Assembly (NCBI GenBank): GCA_904063045.1
Contig: CAJFCJ010000005.1
Location: 3,749,689-3,813,688 of the forward strand
Origin: Dimorphilus gyrociliatus
Taxonomy: Eukaryota > Animalia > Annelida
DNA: 64,000 nt
Direction of reading: 5' to 3'
Part shown: one piece after another, positions 52,641 through 64,000 of the stretch
Numbering within the stretch: the first letter of the stretch is position 1
How the letters are laid out: each line of letters begins with the position of its first letter
The notes under the pieces: model-generated
Seen by the model: only the letters and a program-made list of their open reading frames with translations
Databases searched by the model: none
What the model was told of the DNA's origin: nothing
Program-made: the position numbers and the translations under genes

Positions 52641-53489
52641 TGCGCTGTTACAACTTAAAGCAGCTAATTTTGCGGAATTCAATTTCATAATGATTGCGTG
52701 TAATTGGCGTGCTTCGTGTTAGCATCAAAGACGACTTCTTCCTTTGTCCACCGGACGTTTATCATCCTTAATCTGTTGACCCTATGACTACTTAATAAAT
52801 TCTCGACGACCCCGAAGTCGCGACCTCAATGGCTTATTTCGTTTCAAATTGTCTATTCTAACTAACGTTTTCCTTTCAGTGAAAGACAAAATAAGTAGAA
52901 AATTACCGAAGAGGGACAAATAAATGTATTAAAGAAGAATGCACAATAGGTTACGAACGTATGTATATGAATAGAAAAAGAGGGTGGGAGGTAGAGAGAG
53001 AAAGAGAGAGAGAGAAAGAAAGAAAAAAAAGAAGGAAGAATAATAGAAAGGAAGAAAAGTGAAAAAAGGTCCTTTTGCACGGAAATCGTCCATCACTAAA
53101 AAATGCGCACCTGTTTTCTTTCAATCGCATTAAAATTCCACGCAAGAAATAAATACATATATTCTTCTTTGTCAAATGATAAAGGCAAAACGAGACTAGA
53201 CGTATGAAAAGAGGAAACGCGGTAAGAAAAGGAATTTCGGTCAAAAAATACTTGACACGGCGCAGGGACGTCTAAAGATACAATAATAACAGTATCTACC
53301 AGCTGGGATAGCCGTTAACGCCTCATTTTCTAATTTTGACAAGCGATAAGGGATTCGGATCAGTTACACGTGTTCTTTTTCTCTCTTCTCTCGATTTATT
53401 TACGATTAGTGCATCTCACAAATAAATATACGTTTAAAACAAATTACGTATAAATAGATAACGACTAGTTCTCGCCAATTTCATCTTTA

Positions 53490-54808
53490 TTAATATGCTA
53501 ACTCCGCCCCCCAAGGCCTATATGGCTTACTTGAAAGAAGAGTGGGAGGAGTTAATGAATGTACATTGTCTTGAGTTGTACCTATACCATTTTGCGAATC
53601 TTGAGAAGGCGGAGCGCAAGCCGACTGATATGTCTGACTAGAGTTGGGCGTCGTGTACTGATAGGTGGGCTGTGAGTATGAAATTGACGCCGGCCATTGA
53701 TTCTGTTGTAAACTAGCACGAGCCGCCGCTTCTCTTTGCGCACAAAAGGATTCCAAGTGGGATAGTAGGCGGATCCTTAAAGGGTTTTGAATATCCATTC
53801 CTTCAATAGTCACCAAATATCTAGCCGCCTCCGATGCACATTCGCGGAAACCGATTGTTCTGTAGTCTATTGCCATAGTTGCTTGGTCGGCGTTGTATCC
53901 TGTAATTCCTGTTTGCAAAAGGATTTTGTATAAATGTCAAGGTCAGTCAGGTCATGGGAACAAAAGTTCTTCATTTTCCAGGGAGTGGTAAGAAAAAACG
54001 AGAACAAAGAAGCCAAAAAAAGGTATAAATACGTAGATAATATAAAATTAATGCTTACCTTTCTGCTGCAAAATTTTTAAATGGTCTACAGTCATTTGAA
54101 GTATTTCTGCCTTTTCTAATTTTGCCGAACCCTGTTTCTCATAGGCGGCCGGTACTAAACGTTTCAGCTCGATTAACGACTGATTGATTCTGTCTCTCCT
54201 TCGTTTTTCAACAATCTGTCGGATTCAGCATGTCAATCAAGCGCTTAAACGCTTTTGTAAAAAAAGATTGCTTACGCCTCTCCTCCTCTTCCGGGATGGA
54301 CCACCGCTGCAACTTTGATCCGGAGAGCTATTAATTAAAGGATACATTTAATAATATCATTTATATTTAAATAGCAGTATACTTTGACATATTTATAGAA
54401 AGTAAAAAAGGAGTTGACGTTTCCAATCAAAGTAAAAAGAATACAGGTCGGATGAGAATAAAGAAAAGCTATGTTTGTCTAATTAAGCAAACATCTGCGA
54501 AGTTCTTTGTGCTATCTTTTATACAAATAAAAAACGCATTGTATTACATAAAAGAAACTGGAAGGCAAGAAACGCATTAAAAATGTTTGTGAATATTTAA
54601 TAAATCAACCGTTAACTATTATTGCTATTTCAAAAAAAACCGGAACTGAAATAGACGCTCAAACTAGAATTAAATATACTTATATAACAAAAACGCTAAT
54701 TTATTGAGCGTTATATTACTTTTTCTTTAAATTTATTTATTACCTCTCTTTATACATTGTGTCATCTTCTCCAAAATCGGATCCATCGTCGCTATAAGCT
54801 CTTTTCAT
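53490..54808 (-). CDS. Hey: Hairy/E(spl)-related-with-YRPW bHLH-Orange repressor Hey (230 aa); exons 54808-54744, 54327-54276, 54215-54059, 53908-53490
   Basis: N-terminus MKRAYSDD; basic region [20 protein letters not shown] with the Hey-type Gly; [18 protein letters not shown]; Orange domain [18 protein letters not shown]; C-terminal KPYRPWG. The exons total 693 nt in frame. Confidence 0.95.
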
Positions 54809-57800
54809 TCTAATTCCAATATTCATTCGATGTAACATAAATAGCTATTTAACTTTAATTGTTTATGATGTTGTAATAAGTTAAATTCTTTTTAGACGTC
54901 AACTAGACGGCTTTCGTCCTTATCCATGCGCTGACACGACGTTTAAAGTGAGTTATTCACTCGCAAATTCAAAAAACGACAATTCACTTTTAAGCTCCTC
55001 CCACTAACTCTATTCTTATTGGTTAAATGGCACACTTTATCCGTCAATCAAGCGTACTCCGCTTTTCGACCAAAAAGGGACGCGATTTTTGAGTGGCTTT
55101 GGTGTAACCCGACTTGGTTAGATCATATTACATAACTATTTCGTAACTGATTTTTTTATACCAGAGGGTTTATTAGTTTAGCATCAAAAGACCGCCGCCT
55201 CAGCTACTTTTACTAAAAGTGTCGTGCTCCGTATTAATACCGCTGTATTGGCTATATCTAATAAACAAACAAGTCCCTTAGGTGTTCTTTAACTAATATC
55301 CAACAAGTGCTTGATTTTAATTGTATATAAAAGGTACAATACTGTATTTTGTATAAAGTACGATAGATATATAGTATATACTGTATATATGTGCAAAATA
55401 CTGTGTTTATTCGAGAAAAGCAAGACGGAAAGAGCGTCTCTTTTAAATGAAAATAGTGATAAATAGACATAGTTTCTAATTAAAATATTTCGCACATATT
55501 TATCATTTTTTTTATGATAATAAGAATAAAGTAATTAAGTTATCTTTTAAAAATAGAACTAATAAATCTTGGTTCTTTTATATTGTCGAAGAGAAACGAC
55601 TGATATATTAACATGATTAAATATAACTGCAAAAGTGACATCTATCGAGTATTTATTTACAATACAAACGATTGGACGCGATCTTACATTGTGTTATGCA
55701 AAGTGTAAAGTAGTACCATTTTATTCCTTTTAACCGTTAATATTTGCAGAGGATTTAGTTTACGGAAATCTAAATAGCTTCTTTATTCCATATCGAAGAG
55801 GACAAAAGGATAATAATAAAGGAAGAATGAGAGAGATAGATAGCTAGTTAGGAAGACAGAGATCGAGATATATGTATAGACTGTATAGAGAAAGTTTGAT
55901 TATTATGTTCTTTTAACTGTTTATGTGATTTAGTGGATAGTTATCAAATATTGTTCAAGTAAACAAAAGGGACAAACATAGAACAGGAAAAAACTTGGAG
56001 ATTTTTTTCGGATGTCGTAAAGTGTTTGACATCCTTTATTTATTCTTTTCTTTTTCCTTCCTATTATTTTATAATTTAAATAAAAAAAGCGCTCCCTTCG
56101 TCTCCTATCCACCCCTTACCACCCCTAGCTCCTACATCTTATCCATCTTGAATATGTAAGAATGACAGATTTTTGACAGCGTCTCTTCGTCACTTCATCC
56201 CTCTTTCACCCATTTCCCCTTGTAAGTTAATATATTGAATTTACCCGCATTGGCGCCACTTGTATAAAGTTTTGTAAATAATTCGGATAAATCTTTGTTG
56301 TCTTTTCTCTTTGCCTTAGTGGTTTTAGCTTCTTTGTCGATGGCACTTAATACATAATTAAATATATGCTTTCTTTCTGTTCTCTTCCATTAATCATTAT
56401 CACATTTTGGTCTAATATCTGGTTCTTTTTTCGTAGTTACTACATAAGGGAACGTGTATATACGCATTTAATTAAAGAAAACAAATTAAATCCTAAATTG
56501 GATGTATCATTTATCCAAAGTATCCATGTTTGTACAGTTTATCCCTGTAAATAGACGTTAATGGCATTCCTAACAGTCGGCTAAATCTGTTTGGAATCTG
56601 TAATTAATAAAATCACGCAATATATATATCTACATTTGAACTTGTTAACCAGAGTAAGTGGATTGTATCGTTTTGGTTTACTGTAAATATCGCTTTCTCC
56701 ATTTTGCTTACTATCTGTAAGCCCATTTCTCCGTGTCTCTATATAAAGATAAAGATAATTTATTAACGTATAATACAATTGATCGCTCCAAACTAAAATA
56801 GTTAATATTCTTAGCCCGTTACAAAAATTTACATATTTTTCCGATTTGTATCAATCCTAATTGGAGAACTGCACCAGATGTCGCTTTTACCGATGATTTT
56901 TTTTTTCTTCTTTTGGACATCAGCTACTCCCCTAACTGTAAAGTGTTAAATAAAGAAAGAATAATGGGGGACGTTTTGAAAAAGCAGAACAGAAGCTTAA
57001 AAGGGAAAGGAGTGTTAATATACAATCTATGTACATTTGAATATAGATTTATAATAAGAGCAATTAGATAAGAGATATCTTATTGTTGCATTTGTTATAA
57101 AATATTGATTAATGGCATAAATATATTTATATAAAGCGAGTAAGTAGGAAGAGAGGGAGAGAGAGAGAAGAAAGGAATATAAGAGTACTTGAAATAATTT
57201 TCAGTTTCTATATACAAGTTATTGTTAATTGGAAGATGAAGGAGAACTAGACAAGGAATTAGCTGATAGCTTTATGTTTTATCTCTTTTGTCTATAAATC
57301 TCTTTTTTATTTTTATTTAGCTAAAAATTAACGGTTTCTGTCTAAACTTACTCTTTAAAGAGAAATGAATAAAAACTATTTACATTATTGTCATTTGAAC
57401 ATTCAAACGTTGATATGGTTGAATGTTTGGTACTTGCTTTTAAAAGGAGATCAAATAATAATACTATTGAAAATCTAACTGACGATTGGATAAAGTAAAT
57501 CTTAGTATTTATTTCTATTTTAACAAACCACTAAATAGATTATAGTTTGATGGGAAAAAAATGTAACTGTTTCCTCTTTCACAACACGTTGGGTTTTTTT
57601 GTAGTTTTTTGTTTCTATATTTACTAAATCACACTCATTCAATCTCATAAACAAAATTTATATATATGTACTGTATAGCGAGAGAGAGAGAGAGAGGGAG
57701 AGAGAGAGATTCTCTCTTCTTGATAAGAAGATAAAATTAGTGCATCTGCATAATATTCCTCTTTATTATAGAAAGAGTGTTTTGTTCATTAACCCTCTCC

Positions 57801-58868
57801 TCATTAACTAATACAATATCATTTTTTCTTGTAATATGTCCTATTTTATTTCCCCTTCTCTTTTGTCTTTATTCCTATGAAGTAATCGTCCTATTGGTTT
57901 ACCATCTGTTTGTCTTCTATTAAACTTAAATAATTAAGTACATTAAAATAACAAAGAGTACTTTTTATGGATGCATGAATTTTAATTTAATTAGTTTAAT
58001 AGAATTAAACAAAATCGATTTTTAATCGATTTGAGATTATTTGAATCACCTTTAATTACGATTTTGTCGAATGTGTACATATATTTACTCTTAATATATT
58101 TTTGCATTCGAAAAATCGATGGAAAACTAGGTGTAATCATTATAGATAACTACTCTTCTTGTTACCTAGCAACCTTTACAATAACAATTGAGACTAAGAC
58201 AAGAAGACTAAGAAGCTTACCTACTATTATGAGCTTTACTAATTTCATATTAATTTAATTGCCATATAAAATATTTAGATAAGAGTGAAAAGGGGAAGTA
58301 ATCTTCTTTTAAGAGAAAGAAGGATAGTCTGTTTACACGAGTAACAATGAAAGGTGGAAAAAAAAGTGATAAACGGAAAATAAGAGAAAACAATAAGTGA
58401 AAAGGTGGAAAAGAGAGAAGAAAAAAAGGATGGGGAAAATTGAGATAGCGATAGCTTTGTATAAGTATAATAATCTTTAAAAGAGTGATGATAAAATAGT
58501 CTTTACTAAAAAAAATATCGACCTTTACAAGGTGTGAAATGAGAAAAACTAAATTTATTTATTCTCGTTTATTTACAATAGGCCTACAAGGGGAGAATGA
58601 AAAAAAAATAGGAGTATTATAATGATTCTCTTAGAATTTGAATATAGAGCTTATTATAGAAATGATTGAAGGACTGTCGGTCAATGAACATTTTACTAGT
58701 TTATATAAGTACATTCTGAAAATTTCTTTATTACTAATCCTATGTTCAATTTTTCGATGATCTAGTAATTTTCTCACGTCGTTATGGTAGCAATCCGTCA
58801 ACTAAACACTTTCAATAAAAGACAGTCTGAAAAAGGGAAGAACAAAAGGGAATAGTGCTTGACTAAAA

Positions 58869-60204
58869 ATGAGTTTGACAGTTGATGAAAGTTCATTAAG
58901 GAATTGCATAGACGAAAATACTAAGGCGATCAGGTTACTTGGAGATTTGGTAAAGTTAATAAGTAAACAAGTAAGAGCATAATTATTGAATTATAGAAGG
59001 AAAAAGTATTAATTAGTTCTCTTTTTGCTTTTTCCATCTTTTTATTAGAAGGAGGAAGATGATATATTGCAAGAAGAAAGAGAAGAAAGTATACAAGTGC
59101 AAGTTCGTTGCGTGTTCGTTAGAATTAACGATATCGATACCATTTCCCAAAAGTATTCTGCCGACGTCTTTATCCAAGTATAAGTTACTAGTTTACTAAA
59201 ATTATCTTACCTTAGAGTTAAAAAGCTCTGTATTCTACTCGTAATAGGCTCAATGGGCTGAAGCGAACCTAGCAGGGTACTCCCAGAATGAATTAGATCG
59301 TCTAAATTGGAAGCGACAATGGCATCCGAGAATAAAAGTAACGAATGTCCTGGGTGATTTGGAACGCAGCGACGAATGGACAGTCGCTAAAGCAGGATCT
59401 GAGTATGCGGTCTGCAGTCAAAGAATGAGATTAAAAGGAGATTTTAAAGAGAATCTAGAATTGAGGGATTTTCCAGTTGACGTTCAAGAATTATCGATCC
59501 ATGTAACTAGCGAGCACCCTGCCTCTAAAGTGAAATTAATAAAAGATGCGTTTATTTTAAGTTCGTGCGACGTTTCCGAGTTCGGCGATTCGCACGAATG
59601 GACGCTTTTTGAGCATGTCGACTCGCAAGAGAGCGAACTAAATACGCAGGAAATGAATTCGAAGAAATTTACGAGGTCCAAAATTACGTTGACCTGTCAC
59701 GTAGCCCGAAAGGCCGGCTATTTTTTCTGGAATGTTGCCCTCATTATGTTTTGTATAACATCTTTGACGTTTTGTAGTTTTACAGTAGATAAGGAAAGTC
59801 CAAAAGATAGGTTGGGTATAACTCTCACACTTCTCCTAACGTCTGTAGCTTTCAAGATGGTTGTCTCTAGATCATTACCAACGATCTCTTATTTGACGAG
59901 TTTGGATATTTATATACTCATTAACATGATGATTCTTGTCGTGCAGTCTATACACACTACATGTATTTCGCTAATAACCAATAAGAGTATACAAGATAAA
60001 GCTGACAAGTATTTCCTCTATGCTCTAGCTACTTTTTTCGTTATGGATCACGTAGTATTTTCAGCCTATGTTCTGTTAGCGTCTTACAGAAAAAGAGTTT
60101 ACATGTTAAGAAGGGATAAAGATTATCAGAGTGAAAAAAATAGACTAGAACGTTTAGCCTTGGACAATCATGTGAATGGAGATTTATTTATTACAATGAA
60201 ATAA
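58869..60204 (+). CDS. Cys-less (Pro-loop) pentameric ligand-gated ion channel-like subunit (about 395 aa); exons 58869-58970, 59049-59177, 59248-60204
   Basis: pLGIC hallmarks: V-x-V...INDID..SQKYSADVFIQAQW, W-x-P (WHPRI), RDFPVDVQ, GYFFWN before M1, four TM helices, M2 DRLGITLTLLLTSVAFK, LPTISYLTSLD. Neither Cys-loop cysteine is present. Phase-0 introns. Confidence 0.85.
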
Positions 60205-60538
60205 TGATATAGATGGCAGTAGCGTATTCTGTTTCCTTAACTAACTCTCAATTTTCTCTCTCTCTACTATATACATATATAAATTTATACAGTATGTATA
60301 AATATATATAAATTTATATATATATATAGATAGATAGATATACAAGTACATATATGTCATTCTATCTCTTTCCACTTCTTCCATTTCTTCTAAAGATGAA
60401 GCCATATGCATTTCACTCCCTTGATTAATATATACCTAGAACGGTTTTATAATCATCTAATTTCAGCTTTTTATTTAATGAATTGATTAAATTGAATAAA
60501 AACTAAATGGAAAAAATAAAGTAGATTATAAAAGGTCC

Positions 60539-61593
60539 TTAAAAAGTCACGAGGTGCTTAGGTAGATGACCAGAATCGCCAACCAGGAAAGCCGAAACGG
60601 TTCCATCCGGGTGGCACATAATCCACGTTATTGAACAATGAGTCAAAGCAATTCTCATCCAGGCAGCAGGTGGCAATTGAAGAGCCCTTAAAAGTAAAAA
60701 TCGAACAATATTGCCGTGAGCTACCAACAAGTCGTAGGTTTGAAATTTCATTGAGTTTTCATGTCGGTAGAAATACTTTCGAAAAGTGGACTCCATTCTT
60801 GGGCCGTCAATGTGATAAGAACGTTCGCTCATTTTAAAATGAGTTAATCTGGGAATTGGTTCTACGGGTCCTCCTTCCCTAAGTCCATCGTCAGCTTCCG
60901 CTTTGGCCCAATTAAGCGTCTGATGAATGATTTTAGCCGTTTCTTCGGCTCGGGGCATTGAGGAATAATAAATATTGCTGAAAGGATGTTTAATGTCTTT
61001 CAATCTCCTGGCAGTTAGATTGGCTTGTTGCCTGCCCAAATCCGTCAGTCTACCGGTTTCTTTATCGAATTGACCATGTCTGACGAGGAACACGTTTCTG
61101 GTTACCGATGCTTTCTTACCGGTTTTCTTCTGTTCACTTTTCCTTAATAACAGTTGACTTATAGTATATATATGTATAAATTATGAATATATAATCGTCG
61201 AGTATATTTGATACTGTATATAAGATGTATTATTTAATACTTTGAAGGTAAAGTAAACGAAATATGGAACGGTTCAGAAAAGAGCAAATGGGAAAACTAT
61301 TAGAATATATGGAAGAGAATAGAGTTCAAAAAGGCTTTCGAGACTAAGAAGAGATTTGAAGTCTTAATATACAGTAGCGTATATTTATAAAATACAGTAT
61401 TTATATATACAGCATGCGGTACTTACAAATCCCAATTGTAATTCCATTGGTCTACATAAGCCGTACTTTTCCGATTTCCCAATCGCTCCCCAATCACTTG
61501 GCTTCGCCATTCCTTACAGATTAAAATTACTAGTAATACGACTATTAACAAGATAGCTGTTACGCGGAAGCAATAGATAACTCTCGGTGTCAT
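60539..61593 (-). CDS. PGAM5: PGAM5-like mitochondrial Ser/Thr/His phosphatase (261 aa); exons 61593-61427, 61157-60539
   Basis: N-terminal TM anchor (VTAILLIVVLLVILI), WNYNWD (the WDxNWD motif), catalytic FLVRHGQ, SSMPRAEETA, LREGGP, HGNIVR...RALQLPPAAWMR, GDSGHLP. The exons total 786 nt in frame. Confidence 0.88.
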
Positions 61594-62385
61594 ATCTATT
61601 ACTAGTTTGTTACTGTATAATCCTAGTCAACATAGACTCCATTTTGCCCGGCTATACTCCCTTTTTTTTTATACTAATGCGATTTTTCAATATGCTTTAT
61701 ACAATAAAATGAAAAAATCAATTGAAGGAGATTTCAATACTCTTCAGCATTTATATTTTTCAATATTCGTCCCCTTAACAAGTATAATTTTGACAATTTC
61801 CTCGTTATCCTTCAAAAACAATAATTTCCTTTTTTTTCTTTTTCTTTGTAGTTATATCATGGAAATAGAGTATAAACTGGTACTAAATTGTAGATAAAAA
61901 GTATAAAGTTTAGCTTATACGAATTGACAAAGAAGTAGAAATAAGAATGTGATTTTAACAAATACAGAGTAAAAGAGAAAGAGAGAGGGAGACAGATAGA
62001 AGAAGAATATAGAATTTCATCTTGATTTTAGGTATATAGTATTTATAAACCTAATAGAAATGAAAGAGAAAAGATGGATGATAGAGAGAGAGAAAGAAAG
62101 ACAGAAAAGAAAGAAAGAAAAGAGAGAGAAGGAGGGAAAAGAAAGATAGTTTGCATTATATATAAAGAAAATCTATCAAAGATATAAAGAAAGCGAAGTA
62201 TTTAAATAGTTAATAAATTAGAAAATAGTTTAAAAATAAGAAACTTTGAACAAGAAAGTCGAATTGATAAAATCTTATTAATCTCTATATTACTTAATCT
62301 CTTTACTTTTTCTTTGCAAAAATTTATCTGGCAGTCATTTTGAATGTTTTTTTTTCTTTTTTGTCAAATAAAATGAATTTTGTGA

Positions 62386-62416
<31 letters not shown>

Positions 62417-62640
62417 TATAAATATATATATTTATATACAAAGTTGTACTGTATATGCTGTATATGAAGTATACAAGAATATACATATACACCGAGAGCG
62501 AGAGAGAGAGAGAGAGAGAGAGAGATAGAAATAGAGATAGAGATAGAGATATAGATAGACAGATATGGGAGAGAGAGAGAGAGACATGGTATGTATGTCA
62601 TGGCAAGTAAAAGTTATTTTCATCTATTCCTTCCATTCCT

Positions 62641-64000
62641 CTAGACGAAAATGTAGGCTGTCCAGTAGACAATGTTAAAGGTGAGAAAGGCTAGTGGAAA
62701 GGCTTTTCTTGATATTTTATCGATCTTTCTGGCCTTTTGTCGACCATCCGGATCTCGGACGTAACCGCGCTTGTCCATTGCTTCGCGGAAATTGCGTCCG
62801 TTGTTGATAATGTTAATCTGTGAGGTTAAGAATAACAAACTACTTTTTCTCAATAATGGATTAATAGCTAATGGAGGTAGGTGGGTAAGAGAAAAATTGT
62901 GTTTACAAGAAAAGTGTTATAAAGAGAGGAAAACTGATTAAAACCTGTTCAAGTGCAATCTCCTCCTGATGTGTAGGTTGTGCTGCCGCTGCTGCATGAC
63001 CTGCTAACAATGCTCTTTTCCGGAACGTATTACGAGCTGATTGACGAATTTCCTTTCTTGAAAATACATTAACAACGGCAAATTCTAGAAGAGAAGCAAA
63101 AACGAAGATCAAACACATCGACATCCAAACGTCTATTGCTTTTATGTAGGAAACACGAGGAAGCTGCGACCTATTCCCCGTCGATTGTGTTGTCATCGTC
63201 AATACAGTAAGCAGGCCTATTGTTACTCTTGCCGGTATGGCGTCTATACTTATCCAAAACGCAACCCAGGAAAGAATTACGATGAGAACGCTTGGTATAT
63301 ACAATTGAATCATATAATAGCCGATATCCCTCTTAAGAACGAAGTTAACCGACAAACAAGGATAGGAACCAGTCGTATAGTTTTGGGAACAATCTTTTAG
63401 GAAGAACTTGACGAACCTAAACTGAGGTAAATCCAGCTGACCAGAATCCATTTCAACTGGATTATCCAGCCAGTCGTAAACTAAGGTGTCCGTTGTGTAT
63501 CCAACTGTTGTTGTTTATAAAGAGAGGAATCGAGATGAAGATATATTGATATATTGATATATATATATAAAATATGAGCAGATTGAGACATGAGAGATAG
63601 ATAGATGGATAGATAAATAGATGTATACACGGCAGAGAGAACAGAATTCGAAGATTGAAGGTAGAGCGATGCAAAAAAAAAAAAATTTATTGTTTATATT
63701 GATTGCCATAACAATATAGTTTAATATATACTGACAACTTTCGAACATCATGGGACAAGTTTGTGTGTCTAGAGGGTATTTGTGCAATTTCATCGGGCAG
63801 GAAAGCGTTGCGGTAATTCTGCAGTTTTTTAATCTCATTAGGATTTTATAAAGAGTATTGATCGTAATTCTTTTTTTCATTCTTTTTATTTTATCACCTA
63901 CTTACTTGGAAACATACCACAACATACCACTATTCTTTAGCGTCAGTAGCCTATTTGGAGTTGTTATATCGTGGTATTTAGCTAATTTTTCATTTCGAAA
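62641..64000 (-). CDS. Second GlyR/GluCl-like chloride channel subunit, 5'-truncated by the window edge; exons >64000-63906, 63818-63736, 63504-62945, 62817-62641
   Basis: FRNEK...WYVSK, Cys-loop CPMKLHKYPLDTQTC, CSQNYTTGSYPC, AIPARVTIGLLTVLTMTTQ, and M4. Intron positions match the + strand paralogue, including the 83-nt Cys-loop exon. Confidence 0.92.

Noticed and set aside
1-64000. tRNA, rRNA, snRNA, CRISPR arrays, intact transposase/RT ORFs, and the many SLSLSL/YIYIYI ORFs in the track
   Set aside because: No diagnostic sequences recognised by eye (a tRNAscan/Infernal/RepeatModeler run would be decisive); the low-complexity ORFs are translations of (CT)n, (GA)n and (TA)n repeats.

Overview
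AT-rich eukaryotic genomic DNA from an invertebrate animal, with many short introns (about 60-200 nt) and abundant (TA)n/(GA)n microsatellites. The gene content suggests a lophotrochozoan such as an annelid; this is inference and the species cannot be fixed from sequence alone. Eleven protein-coding genes were reconstructed by hand from splice sites and reading frame: COG6 (partial, +), a GlyR/GluCl-like anion-selective Cys-loop channel (+), two tandem NIT-domain membrane guanylyl cyclases (-), a GnRH/AKH-family GPCR (-), an intronless tandem-repeat protein of unknown family (-), dimmed/Mist1 (-), Hey (-), a Cys-less pentameric channel (+), PGAM5 (-) and a second GlyR/GluCl-like paralogue (partial, -). 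No rRNA, tRNA, CRISPR array or intact transposon was seen. The main findings are: (1) the + strand chloride channel has two 239-nt, 42%-identical, obligatorily mutually exclusive exons encoding the complementary face of the agonist site, plus a long-range intronic RNA duplex of about 27 bp that would loop out the first exon, as in Dscam docking-site/selector splicing; (2) one of the two NIT-GCs has lost the catalytic Arg and the KGKG Lys, suggesting an active/pseudo-cyclase pair; (3) the Cys-less channel has no signal peptide; (4) the unknown protein carries nine repeats of about 35 aa; (5) about 40 TACAGTA/TACTGTA motifs in (TA)n tracts match the Tc1/mariner excision footprint. All counts and alignments were done by eye.
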